64,000 nt of DNA, taken from positions 1,824,001 to 1,888,000 of the forward strand of contig CBDFLE010000006.1 of NCBI GenBank assembly GCA_965248925.1, in the 5' to 3' direction. The notes beneath the pieces were generated by a model. That model was given only the letters and a program-made list of their open reading frames with translations. It searched no databases and was not told the DNA's origin. This document shows, in pieces, positions 53,448 to 62,911 of this stretch (the first letter of the stretch is position 1; each line of letters begins with the position of its first letter). Made by a program: the position numbers and the translations under genes. This DNA comes from Candidatus Multivoradales bacterium (GTDB lineage: Bacteria > Acidobacteriota > Thermoanaerobaculia > Multivoradales > J023).

Positions 53448-54125
53448 TCAGTCGCGGCCACCGAGCAAGCCGGCTCGCATCAGGAAGTAGAGCAAAATCA
53501 TCAGCGAGGAAACCGCGGCCGCGACATAAGTGAGCGCCGCGGCATCCAGTACCTGGTTCATGCCACGCTGCTCGCTCGAGCTAACGATGCCATGCTCAAC
53601 GGCGAGTTTCTTGGCCCGTCGGGTAGCGTCGAACTCGACCGGCAAAGTCACCAGCTGAAACAGCAGCACGGCGGAAAACAACATCGCGCCAAGCAGCACA
53701 ATGCCGGTGGCATTGAAGATCAAACCACCCATCATCACCCACATGCCAACCCCAGAGCCGATCTTGGCAGTCGGCACCAACGCCGACCGCAAACCGAGAG
53801 CGGCATAGTTATTGGCATGCTGAATCGCGTGCCCAGCCTCGTGACAGGCCACCCCGACCGCCGCTACCGTCGGCTGCGAATAGACCGGCTCCGATAGCGC
53901 CAAAGTCTTGTTAGTCGGGTTGTAGTGATCCGAGAGATAGCCCCGAGTGGGAACGATCTTGACATCGTTGATCCCCGCCCGCTGGAGCATCAGTTGCGCC
54001 GCCTGCGCCCCAGTGAGGCCGCCAGTCACTCGCTGCCGAGAGTATTTCTTGAACGCCGACTTGGTCTTCCAACTGGCCCACATCGACAAGAAGATCCCAG
54101 GCAAGATGAAGAGTAGATAGTCCAT
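53448..54125 (-). CDS. Zinc metallopeptidase (YugP family)
   Basis: LSDHYNP, ACHEAGHAIQH, TLPVEFDA, AAALTYVAA. Confidence 0.92.
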   Translation of the reverse strand: MDYLLFILPGIFLSMWASWKTKSAFKKYSRQRVTGGLTGAQAAQLMLQRAGINDVKIVPTRGYLSDHYNPTNKTLALSEPVYSQPTVAAVGVACHEAGHAIQHANNYAALGLRSALVPTAKIGSGVGMWVMMGGLIFNATGIVLLGAMLFSAVLLFQLVTLPVEFDATRRAKKLAVEHGIVSSSEQRGMNQVLDAAALTYVAAAVSSLMILLYFLMRAGLLGGRD

Positions 54126-54292
54126 AAGGCAATTCTCCTTGAGCTGGATTGACAGATCCCTCGAGATCTCGAAACGGCAAGACGCCGAAAATCGGTGGAG
54201 TGATGGGGCGAGTAAGGCGGACACCTTCAACAACAGAATGGCCCCAGGCTCCTATTCCACCAGCGCCGTCACAAGCCATGAAAGCTAAGCCT

Positions 54293-54889
54293 TCAGGACT
54301 GCTTGGCGGGAGCGACCACAACCTCCTCCGCCGCCGGATCGTAGCGTTCATAGCACTGCCGGCACCGAGCCTCGTAAGACTCTAGGTCACCGACCTGAAC
54401 TTGCTCCGCGGTGCCGGCAATGCGCTGCGAATACTGCGCCGGCTGGCCACAGCGCAGGCATATAGCATGCATCTTGTCGACGTATTCCGCCGCGGCCAGC
54501 AGCGCCGGCATGGGGCCAAAGGGCTGGCGTAGAAAGTCGAGGTCAAGGCCCGCGACGATCACCCGTACGCCGGCATCGGCCAGTTCCGCCACTACCGCGA
54601 CCAAGCCGTCGTCGAAGAACTGTGCTTCGTCGACACCCACCACCTGCACGCCAATCTTGAGCCGCTGACGCAGTTCTTGACTATCAACCACAGCGAGCGC
54701 GGCGAGTTCTCGATTATCCCTTGTCACCAGCCGCTCGGGACCATGACGGGTATCGGCGGTAGGCTTGAACACCTGCACCCGCAGACGGGCAATCACCGCC
54801 CGGCGTAGGCGCCGAACCAGCTCCTCGCTCTTGCCGGAGAACATCCCTCCAGCGATAGCTTCGATGTGGCCATTAGACCGTTCGTACAT
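54293..54889 (-). CDS. tdk: Thymidine kinase
   Basis: GGMFSGKSEEL, VDEAQFF, AGLDLDF, CLRC..YEARCRQC. Confidence 0.96.
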   Translation of the reverse strand: MYERSNGHIEAIAGGMFSGKSEELVRRLRRAVIARLRVQVFKPTADTRHGPERLVTRDNRELAALAVVDSQELRQRLKIGVQVVGVDEAQFFDDGLVAVVAELADAGVRVIVAGLDLDFLRQPFGPMPALLAAAEYVDKMHAICLRCGQPAQYSQRIAGTAEQVQVGDLESYEARCRQCYERYDPAAEEVVVAPAKQS

Positions 54890-54903
54890 CTAACAAGGCT
54901 CCG

Positions 54904-55602
54904 TCAATCAGTGGTGGCGAAACGACTCTGCAAACCCACCAACGACTCGCTGGCGAGCGACTCGACCACCCGGTCGGCTTCAGCAAGTGCACTGGCCGGA
55001 TAGGTGTGAGCGACCCCCAAGGTCTGCAGGCCACAAGCCGCGGCCGCGGCGATACCCGCCGGCGAGTCCTCGATCGCCAACACCTCGTGTGGATGCAGCA
55101 AGCGTGCCGGCAACGGCTGCAACGAGTTGAGCCCCGCGAGACCGCGGCGGTACCCCTCGGCATCAGGCTTGCCAACAGCTACATCCTCCGCCGTAACTAG
55201 AATCTTGAAGGCCGGGCGGAGGTCCAATTGTTCGAGCGCCGCCACCACCTCATTCCTCAATGCACCGCTAACAACGCCGAGGGGTAAGCCGGCTGCCGCC
55301 GCCGTCCGCAACAGCTCGGCTGCACCGGGGAAAACCGGAAAGCCGGCTTGGCGAATCGCCTGGCTATAGAACATCGACTTTCGCACGATCAGGCGCGACA
55401 GCTCGGTTGCACCTAACTCCCTGCCGGCGGCCTCGTAGACGGCGGCAAAACAGCCTTTGTCGTCAAAGCCGAGGTACTTATCGTAATAGTCCTGGCGAGC
55501 GAGTTCGACGCCTTCGGCGGCCAGCACCTGCTGAAACAGCCGTAGGTGCAATGGTTCGTCGTCGACAATGACACCGTTGAAGTCAAAGAGAATCGCCCGC
55601 AT
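54904..55602 (-). CDS. HAD-family phosphatase
   Basis: FDFNGVIVD, GKPD, IEDSPAG. Confidence 0.9.
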   Translation of the reverse strand: MRAILFDFNGVIVDDEPLHLRLFQQVLAAEGVELARQDYYDKYLGFDDKGCFAAVYEAAGRELGATELSRLIVRKSMFYSQAIRQAGFPVFPGAAELLRTAAAAGLPLGVVSGALRNEVVAALEQLDLRPAFKILVTAEDVAVGKPDAEGYRRGLAGLNSLQPLPARLLHPHEVLAIEDSPAGIAAAAACGLQTLGVAHTYPASALAEADRVVESLASESLVGLQSRFATTD

Positions 55603-55837
55603 GGGCCGCTAATGATAACTCAGAAGAGCCCGTCCGCGGCACCCAAGTGAACCGGGGCAGTGACGGCGCAGTGACGGTGCGGTGATGGCGCAGTAGACTG
55701 GCACTAGCCAGCCAACCGAGCGACCGTGGTTGACTAGGATGAAAGCGCTAGGTATCTTGGATCAGCGGCAGCTTCTCCATCGGCCTGCGGGAGCGCTTGC
55801 TTGCCACCGCTGGCCAACAACCAGGAGACTAAATCCC

Positions 55838-56227
55838 ATGCCAGATATCGATACCACTCCGACGACAGAATCCGCCACCGTCAACCTACCGCTCGAAGGA
55901 CCGGTGATGCTGACCGAGAAGGCCGTAAACATGGTCAAAATCACCCGCGAGCAAGAAGGCATCGATGCTGACCATGCACTGCGCATTGCGGTTCGCGGTG
56001 GCGGCTGTAGCGGCTTCGAATACGCCCTCGACTTCGAGAACGAGGAGCGGCCGACGGACCAGGTCTACCTGCAAGGCGACTTGAAGGTGTTCATCGATCC
56101 GATCAGCGCCCGCTACCTCACCGGCACCGAGATTGACTACGTTCTCGGCACCACCGGCGCCGGTTTCAAGTTCCATAACCCACAGGCCGTGGGCACTTGC
56201 GGTTGCGGCTCGTCGTTCGCCGTTTGA
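55838..56227 (+). CDS. A-type Fe-S cluster carrier (IscA/ErpA/HesB family)
   Basis: GGGCSGFEY and NP..TCGCGSSF. Confidence 0.95.
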   Translation: MPDIDTTPTTESATVNLPLEGPVMLTEKAVNMVKITREQEGIDADHALRIAVRGGGCSGFEYALDFENEERPTDQVYLQGDLKVFIDPISARYLTGTEIDYVLGTTGAGFKFHNPQAVGTCGCGSSFAV

Positions 56228-56235
56228 TCCTCTAC

Positions 56236-57327
56236 TTAGACGCCAGAATCTGGCGCTAGCTCAACCACCTCGCCCACGCCACCGCCAGCGATGTCGAGGA
56301 GCGCCCCGGTGGCGGCTCGCTGGTGCAAGATCGCCAGTCCGAGGTTGCCCTCCGATAGCCGGGCCATGCTGGTTAACCGCCCTACCTCGCGCTCGTTGAC
56401 GGTGAGCCCTTGACCCGTGGCCTGGGTGCAGTCGCCAGTGATCCGTAGCTGGCATAAACGCCGCTTGACGCCGCCCCGATAGTGAATCCGCGCCACCACC
56501 TCTTGGCCTAGATAACAGCCCTTGGTGTAGCTCACCGCGTCGCCATCCAGGCCGCATTCCTGGGGAAAGCAGTCTGCCCCGTAGTCTTGGCCAAAGGTCG
56601 GCCAACCGAGTTCGACACGGCGCGCCTCATAGGCAGTCCAGCCAACCAGGGTTACCTCTTCCCTAGCACTTAGCAACGCCAACACATCGGCCGCCGCGGC
56701 AGAGGACACCCACAGAGTAAAGGCCGGTTGGCGGAACAATGGCTGGTGCGCTACCCACACCTCACAACCGGCGACGGTCGCCGATCGATGGCGCCACGGC
56801 CCTCCAGGTAAGGCTCCCGGCAACACCTGCTCCAACTGCTCGGCGGCTCGCGGCCCGGCCATCGTCAATGCTCGCCAGCGGACCGCAGAGTCGATCTCGA
56901 CCCGGTCGACGATGATGTACTTGGCCAACCTCTCAGCCACTGACGGCGCGCGACCCGCTGGCAACTCGAGCAACAAGCGATCCTCAGCCGCCAGCACCAC
57001 CGCATCGGTCTCTACCCGCCCCTTGGCGGAAACCAGCAAGCCGTAGAGCACTCCGCCGGGCTTGAGGGCGGCGACATCGGAGGTCAGCTGGCCACCGAGA
57101 AAGCGTGAACGGTCCTCGCCGGTGAGTTCGAGCGCATCGATCCAGGTGCGGTCGATCAAGGCGACGCCATCGCGCAGCGCTTCGAGTTCGGCCTCTGAAG
57201 AGCCATAGTCGGCCACCGCCTGAACACCCAGGAATGGCGCCAGGCGGCCACCTAACCGCAAGTGGACTTGCTCAACGGCAGCTGCTTCGGTAGTCAGAAC
57301 AGGAGAATCGGAGGTGGTTTCTGGCAT
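56236..57327 (-). CDS. Folate-binding YgfZ/GcvT-family protein
   Basis: KGCYLGQEVVAR signature; convergent with the A-type Fe-S carrier. Confidence 0.9.
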   Translation of the reverse strand: MPETTSDSPVLTTEAAAVEQVHLRLGGRLAPFLGVQAVADYGSSEAELEALRDGVALIDRTWIDALELTGEDRSRFLGGQLTSDVAALKPGGVLYGLLVSAKGRVETDAVVLAAEDRLLLELPAGRAPSVAERLAKYIIVDRVEIDSAVRWRALTMAGPRAAEQLEQVLPGALPGGPWRHRSATVAGCEVWVAHQPLFRQPAFTLWVSSAAAADVLALLSAREEVTLVGWTAYEARRVELGWPTFGQDYGADCFPQECGLDGDAVSYTKGCYLGQEVVARIHYRGGVKRRLCQLRITGDCTQATGQGLTVNEREVGRLTSMARLSEGNLGLAILHQRAATGALLDIAGGGVGEVVELAPDSGV

Positions 57328-57374
57328 CAGGTCATCTTAACCCGCTGCCGCCAAGACGATCTAGAATAGCTGCC

Positions 57375-58217
57375 ATGAAAGAGACTCAGCCCTTCGTCCT
57401 CGACACCCCCCAAGGCGTGCGCCTGAAGGGATTCGTCCACACACCGACTCAAGATGGGCCACGGCCCACCGCCGTGATCTGTCACGGTTTCAAGGGTTTC
57501 ATGGAGTGGGGATTCTTCCCGCCGCTGGCCGAACTGCTCAGCGATCGTGGTTTCACCGTCCTGCGATTCAACTTCTCCGGCAGTGGCATGCAGCCCGGCG
57601 ATCAGCTAGTAACCGACCTCGACGCCTTCCGCCGTAGCACTTTCAGCCAGGAGCTGGGCGAGATCCTCAACGTACTGGCGGCAGCCGGCAAAGAGCTGGC
57701 GCCGGGGCGGGTAGACCGCCGTCGGCTGGCACTTGTGGGTCACAGTCGTGGTGGCGGCGGTGCGGTACTAGCCGCGGCGAGTGAGGCTGGTCAAGAGCTG
57801 GCGGCCTTGGTGACCTGGGCAGCGGTCTCGACCTTCGACCGCTTTGGCGAAGCTGCCGCCGAGAGCTGGCAACGCGGCGAAGTGATCGAGATCGAGAATG
57901 GCCGCACCGGCCAAAAATTACCGCTGGGCCTGGACCTCTGGGACGACCTACAGAACCACCGGGAAGTGATCGACATCATGGCCGCCGCCAGTCGGCTGCG
58001 GGCGCCCTGGTTGATCGTCCATGGCGAGGAAGACCCGGTGGTCGCCGCCGCGGAGGCGCGGCAGCTCGCCAGCGCCGCCACCGGCGAGCATGACTTGCTG
58101 GTGATTCCGGGAGCCGACCACACTTTCGGCGCCAAACATCCCTTCGTCGGCCCAACGCCGGCGCTGATTCAGGCGTTGAATGCTACCCAGAGCTGGCTGC
58201 TCAAGCACCTGCGATGA
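57375..58217 (+). CDS. Alpha/beta hydrolase
   Basis: CHGFKGF, GHSRGGG, HGEED, ADHTFG. Confidence 0.9.
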   Translation: MKETQPFVLDTPQGVRLKGFVHTPTQDGPRPTAVICHGFKGFMEWGFFPPLAELLSDRGFTVLRFNFSGSGMQPGDQLVTDLDAFRRSTFSQELGEILNVLAAAGKELAPGRVDRRRLALVGHSRGGGGAVLAAASEAGQELAALVTWAAVSTFDRFGEAAAESWQRGEVIEIENGRTGQKLPLGLDLWDDLQNHREVIDIMAAASRLRAPWLIVHGEEDPVVAAAEARQLASAATGEHDLLVIPGADHTFGAKHPFVGPTPALIQALNATQSWLLKHLR

Positions 58218-58233
58218 AGTCTCAACGATTTCC

Positions 58234-59070
58234 TCAGCGGCCCAGCATCCAGCGAGCTGCTAGCCAGCCGACCAGAATGATGCCGCCGAGCACCAGTACG
58301 GCGTCGGAGTGGCTGTAGGTCAGGGTCGGATACTGGTTGCCGGCGAGCATCACCAGGACTAGCGGCACCACCATGTAGGAGTTGTGTTTCGAGCGCAGGG
58401 GACCGCTAGCGGCGATCGCCGGATCCAGCTCCTCCCCGGCCGCAACCGCTGCCAGCAGCCGGCGCTGCGCCGGCAGGATACACATCCAGACGTTGGCCGC
58501 CATCACCGTGCCGATCACCGCACCGAGGTGGATCCACGCCGCTCGCGGCTCCATCACTTCGCGCAAACCGTAGAACATCCCCAGCAACAGCAGCAGACCG
58601 ACCCCGGCAAATAAAGTCGGCCGCCGGCCCAGAGGCGAGCGCACCAGCAAATCGTAGACTAACCAACCGCCAAAGACCGCGCCGGCACCGCTCCACGCCG
58701 CCCGGCCATAGCTCATCCCAGCTTCAGTGATGCCGAAATCGTCCTGCGGCGCCACCAGCAGTCCGCCCAGGTAGTAGGTCAGTACGATCAACACCAGGCC
58801 GCTCAACCAGGTCGCCGCGGCTTCCCATTTGAACCAATGCAACTTGGTCGGCAACGGCAGCCTATATTCCTGCTTCTCCAATCGGTATAAGCCACCGCCA
58901 TGCACCATCCAGAGGTCGCCGATCACTCCCTCGGGAGCGTCCTTGCGGCGCTCGAGATGGCGCTCGAAGAAGTGGAAGAGATAGGTCTGGCCAATCCACA
59001 GAATGGCGGCAAAGACATGGATCCAGCGCACAATCGCCTGCGCCCAGGCATGGAGGGTGTAGCTATCCAA
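58234..59070 (-). CDS. Urate hydroxylase PuuD-like membrane domain (no cytochrome c domain)
   Basis: RWIHVFAAILWIG, WMVHGGG, LHWFKWEA, GTVMAANV, RSKHNSY; TTG start assumed. Confidence 0.82.
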   Translation of the reverse strand: MDSYTLHAWAQAIVRWIHVFAAILWIGQTYLFHFFERHLERRKDAPEGVIGDLWMVHGGGLYRLEKQEYRLPLPTKLHWFKWEAAATWLSGLVLIVLTYYLGGLLVAPQDDFGITEAGMSYGRAAWSGAGAVFGGWLVYDLLVRSPLGRRPTLFAGVGLLLLLGMFYGLREVMEPRAAWIHLGAVIGTVMAANVWMCILPAQRRLLAAVAAGEELDPAIAASGPLRSKHNSYMVVPLVLVMLAGNQYPTLTYSHSDAVLVLGGIILVGWLAARWMLGR

Positions 59071-59150
59071 GGGCTGCTTGCTCCGTAGGTTTTTTGGGGG
59101 GGGGCTCAAGATAGCATATGAGGCCTTGAGGCTACCTCGAGGCCAGACCA

Positions 59151-61481
59151 TCAAGAGAGGACACCGACACCGCGCTCAGCCAAACCAACACGCCGCTCGC
59201 GGTGCTCCAGCGCCACACCGGCCGCCAACGACAGGATACCTGCCGCCATCAAAGACATCGCCCAGCCGGGCACGTCGAGCCACTCATAGCGATCGGCGAT
59301 CAGTAACAGGGCCAAACCAACGTTGGTGAGTCCGGCAAAGTAAAAACCAAAATGCTGGCGAAAGTGACTCAGGAATGCCACCCCGAGGGCCAGCGCCAGC
59401 CAGCCCCACAGCCAAACCGTGGCATACTCACCGGTCCAACTCAGATACAGCGCCGGTTCGAGCAAAGCGAAGGGCGCCAGCCAAACCAACGGCCGACCGG
59501 CGCGCCGCAACAAAGGGGAGTTGGCGCTCTCCGAACCCGAGCCCACCAGGTAGATCAAGACCCCGTTCAGAGTCATCACCACGACAGTCGCCAGCAGGGT
59601 CGGATCGCTGAGATCGGCCGCCGCCGGAGAGGCGAAAGTCCAGCCGCAGTAGGCTGCGGCACGGCCATTGAGCGCCAGCAGCTCAAGCACCCCGGCCAGC
59701 AACCAGGCAACCGACAGATAGAGCGGCAGGGCCAACCAATCCAAGCGCCGACGCTCAGCCTGCCAGCCAAGGGCAGAATTGAAGACCAGCAGCGGCAGTA
59801 GATGTAAGGCCAATAGGTCCCAACGCCCCTCCTGCAACCAATCGCTGAGACCGAAATCGGTCAGCATCGCCAACATCGCCAGCGCCGCGCAACTCGCAAA
59901 TAGGGAACCCAACGCCAAGGTCCGCGTTCGCTGCCCAAGCCACAGTGACCAGAGCGCCGCCAGCACCATCGCCACCTGCAACTGCCGATTAGACACCGAG
60001 CCATCGCCAAAGAACGGCTCCCGACCCCCTGGCCACAGCCCCAACTCGTGGAAAATCACCAACAACAACAGCGGCACCAGGGCCGCCCCGGCCAGGTGAA
60101 ACGCCACCGAAATCGCCCGCCGATCACGACTACTCAAGCGCTCGGCGGTGAGGTGCAGGAAGGCGATCGGCAGACCCAACACCAACAGAGCCTGCCACAG
60201 GCCATGGCCGGCTTCGAACAGCCGATGGGCGGCGAAGTAAAACAAACCGCCGGCTAGCAGCAGAAAGGCGCCCAAGTAAAGGGCGATCTGCGACAACTCC
60301 AAACTGCGGCCATGAACAATCCACTCACCGGGCGAGGCCCGCAAGCGGCCGTAGGCATCGGCCAAGCGGCGGGCTTCATGAGCACCCACCAGCCGCAACC
60401 GCCGCCAGCGCTCGATTTCCCGCAAGTGGGGCCGGACGCGCTCTGCGAGGGCCGCGGCGTAGCGACTCGGCCGCGCCCGCACCAGTTGTCCGGCCAAGAA
60501 TCGCCGCAGGTCCCGAGCTAGCTCGAGGGCGTTGACGGTGCGCCGCTCCGGATCGACTTCGATCGCCGCCAAGGCGATCGCCTGCAACGGCTCGGGCAAC
60601 GACGGATCGATCTCCAGCGGTAGCGGCGGTCGGCCGGCACAAACCGCCCGTTCGACCGCTGGCGCATCCTCACCGGCAAAGGGCAGCTGGCCGCAGAGCA
60701 GCTCGTAGAGCACCACCCCGAGGGCGTAGACGTCGACCCGCCGATCCAATGCCCGGCCACGGACGAGCTGCTCGGGGGCGGCATAACCTGGCGTGCCCTG
60801 GCCGTGGCCGCGCCAACCCTCGCCATCGCTGAGGCCGAAGTCGACGATCTTTGGCCGCAGCTCAGCATCGACCAAGATGTTGGACGGCTTGAGATCGCGA
60901 TGCTGAATACCGAGCTGGTGTGCCCGATGAATGGTTTCGGCGACGCAAGCGAGCAGCTCGACCCGCCGCGGCAGGTCGAGAGAAGGACCGATCTCACCGA
61001 GTTCGAAGCCGTCGACGTACTCCATTACGATCACCGGCCCCTCGGCAGCAGTGCACAACTCGTAGATCTGCACGATCGACGGATCCTTGAACAACGCCAG
61101 CGAGCGCGCTTCGCGGAGGAACTGCTCATAGGCCCGCAGGCGCGGCCGATCACGGCGCAGGATCTTGGCCGCGACCGTGCGCCCGAGGTTCAGATCGACC
61201 AGCTTGAAGACCTCGCCCATGCCGCCCGCGCCGAGGCGCTCAATGGTGCGAAAACCATCGATTTCGGGTAGCGCTTCGCTCAACGAATCGAGGGCTGGCG
61301 AGGGTTCGCCGAAGCTCAGCGTGTTTTCGAGGATCGCAAGTTCGCCAAGAGCCTGCTCTAGCTGTTCCAGTAGGGCCGGATCCTGCGCCCCCAACCGCGG
61401 CAGCGACGGCAGCTCGCCATGCCGCTCACGGTGCTCGACAGCCGCCGCCAAGAGCTCCTCCAGGCGCTCCGCTTCGCTCAT
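59151..61481 (-). CDS. Ser/Thr protein kinase with polytopic C-terminal membrane domain
   Basis: LGAGGMGEV, VAAK, HRDLKPSN, DFG, YAAPE, DVYALG; about 10 or more hydrophobic segments after the kinase. Confidence 0.9.
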   Translation of the reverse strand: MSEAERLEELLAAAVEHRERHGELPSLPRLGAQDPALLEQLEQALGELAILENTLSFGEPSPALDSLSEALPEIDGFRTIERLGAGGMGEVFKLVDLNLGRTVAAKILRRDRPRLRAYEQFLREARSLALFKDPSIVQIYELCTAAEGPVIVMEYVDGFELGEIGPSLDLPRRVELLACVAETIHRAHQLGIQHRDLKPSNILVDAELRPKIVDFGLSDGEGWRGHGQGTPGYAAPEQLVRGRALDRRVDVYALGVVLYELLCGQLPFAGEDAPAVERAVCAGRPPLPLEIDPSLPEPLQAIALAAIEVDPERRTVNALELARDLRRFLAGQLVRARPSRYAAALAERVRPHLREIERWRRLRLVGAHEARRLADAYGRLRASPGEWIVHGRSLELSQIALYLGAFLLLAGGLFYFAAHRLFEAGHGLWQALLVLGLPIAFLHLTAERLSSRDRRAISVAFHLAGAALVPLLLLVIFHELGLWPGGREPFFGDGSVSNRQLQVAMVLAALWSLWLGQRTRTLALGSLFASCAALAMLAMLTDFGLSDWLQEGRWDLLALHLLPLLVFNSALGWQAERRRLDWLALPLYLSVAWLLAGVLELLALNGRAAAYCGWTFASPAAADLSDPTLLATVVVMTLNGVLIYLVGSGSESANSPLLRRAGRPLVWLAPFALLEPALYLSWTGEYATVWLWGWLALALGVAFLSHFRQHFGFYFAGLTNVGLALLLIADRYEWLDVPGWAMSLMAAGILSLAAGVALEHRERRVGLAERGVGVLS

Positions 61482-62059
61482 CCCATCTCCTTTGTGTGCA
61501 GCACCAGCATGGCCATTGCCCGACCGTAGAGTTGCCGGCAGGCGTCGGGGCTGCGCTCGAGACGCTGTGCTACTTCGGGGTAGGTCAGCTCCTCCAAACG
61601 GCGCAGCACGATCACCTCGCGATAGTCCTCGGGCAGGCTCTCAAGGGCTACTTCGAGACACATGAGATGCTCATTCCGTTCCAAATTCTGGGTCGCCGAG
61701 CGTAGCTGAGCGGCCAACATCTCGCCCTGTCCGTCGATCGGCACTTCGCGGTCCAGCGCGCGCCGGGCGCGACCATGGAAGGCCGCCTGATCACGAATCT
61801 CGTTCTCGGCGATGCGGCCCAGCCAGGCCATCAACGAGCGGGTCGAGGTGGCCTGCAAGCCATCGAGGCGGCTGAAGGCTTTGAGCAGGATGTTCTGCAA
61901 GATGTCCCGCGACTCCAATCGGCGGCGTAGCCGATTTCCCATCCGAAGGCGCACCAACGCCAATAGCCGATCGCCGACACTGGCGAATAGCTCGTTCACC
62001 GCCGCCTGCGACCCACCGCGGGCGCGTTGCAAGAGCTGAGCTCCGGCTTCGGTATCCAT
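61478..62059 (-). CDS. ECF sigma factor coupled to the downstream kinase
   Basis: LRRRLESRDILQ, AWLGRIAEN, LPEDYREVIVLRRLEELTYPEVA; ATGA overlap with the kinase. Confidence 0.9.
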   Translation of the reverse strand: MDTEAGAQLLQRARGGSQAAVNELFASVGDRLLALVRLRMGNRLRRRLESRDILQNILLKAFSRLDGLQATSTRSLMAWLGRIAENEIRDQAAFHGRARRALDREVPIDGQGEMLAAQLRSATQNLERNEHLMCLEVALESLPEDYREVIVLRRLEELTYPEVAQRLERSPDACRQLYGRAMAMLVLHTKEMG

Positions 62060-62176
62060 GATGGTCGAAACGCTATCACCACCGAAGCCGGCCAGCGTTC
62101 GGTCGCACTGGCCAACGTCGTCTAATCAACCAAGGGCCTGTGCAACCAACCAAGGCGCCAGGCGCAAGGAGACACC

Positions 62177-62878
62177 ATGAATAGAACGCTGGATTTGAGA
62201 ACACTGAATCTGAGAACGCTGAATCTGAGAATCCTGAGTTTGACCGCCTTGACGATCTTCGCCTTGGCCCTCGGCGGTTGCCTCAGCTCCGAGACCCGCC
62301 AGGTGCTCTATCTCGAAACCAACGGCTCGGTCACCTGGATGGTGCTCGAACACAATGTTCACTCGACCCACGCCGATGTTGAACAAAGAGCCGCCGAAGA
62401 GCGCGAGTATATTGAAGCGGCCCATCACCACGACCACACGGTGGCGCAGGCCCTTGCAAAGCTCGGCGGCCAAGCCGTCAGCAGCCGCATTCTGCGCCTC
62501 CGGCGGCCGTTCGTGGTGTTCACCCAGGCGCGCTTCGCCAGCCCCGCCGAACTCGCTGAAACGCTGCTCGGGCAGCTTGGCGTGCCAGCCAGAATCACTC
62601 TCCAAGGCGACGGTCAAGAGGGCAGCCTAGCGCTCGAACTACGGCTCAACGAAGCCGATGAGGACACTCTCGATGATCACCCGGAGCTGTGGGCACTGAT
62701 CGACGATTTCGCCACTTACCGGTTGGTTCTGAGCGAGGGTTGCTTTGATCACGCCGAGGGTTTCAAGCTCGAAAATCGCGCCACCGCCGCCTTGCTTCCC
62801 GAGCCCGACATTGACGCCATCGAGAGCGCTGGCGGCAAATGGCACTTGGCACTTTCCTGGGGTGGAACGTGCAGCTGA
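62177..62878 (+). CDS. Hypothetical lipoprotein
   Basis: Hydrophobic signal ending LALGGC (lipobox); RBS AAGGAG. Confidence 0.7.
   Translation: MNRTLDLRTLNLRTLNLRILSLTALTIFALALGGCLSSETRQVLYLETNGSVTWMVLEHNVHSTHADVEQRAAEEREYIEAAHHHDHTVAQALAKLGGQAVSSRILRLRRPFVVFTQARFASPAELAETLLGQLGVPARITLQGDGQEGSLALELRLNEADEDTLDDHPELWALIDDFATYRLVLSEGCFDHAEGFKLENRATAALLPEPDIDAIESAGGKWHLALSWGGTCS
62181..62240. repeat. Degenerate 15-bp tandem repeat x4 in the signal peptide
   Basis: TGAGAAC(A/G)CTGAATC-like units encoding RTL(D/N)L. Confidence 0.85.
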
Positions 62879-62911
62879 CCGCGGCTCGAAGGGGCTATTG
62901 CAGCGCCTATT

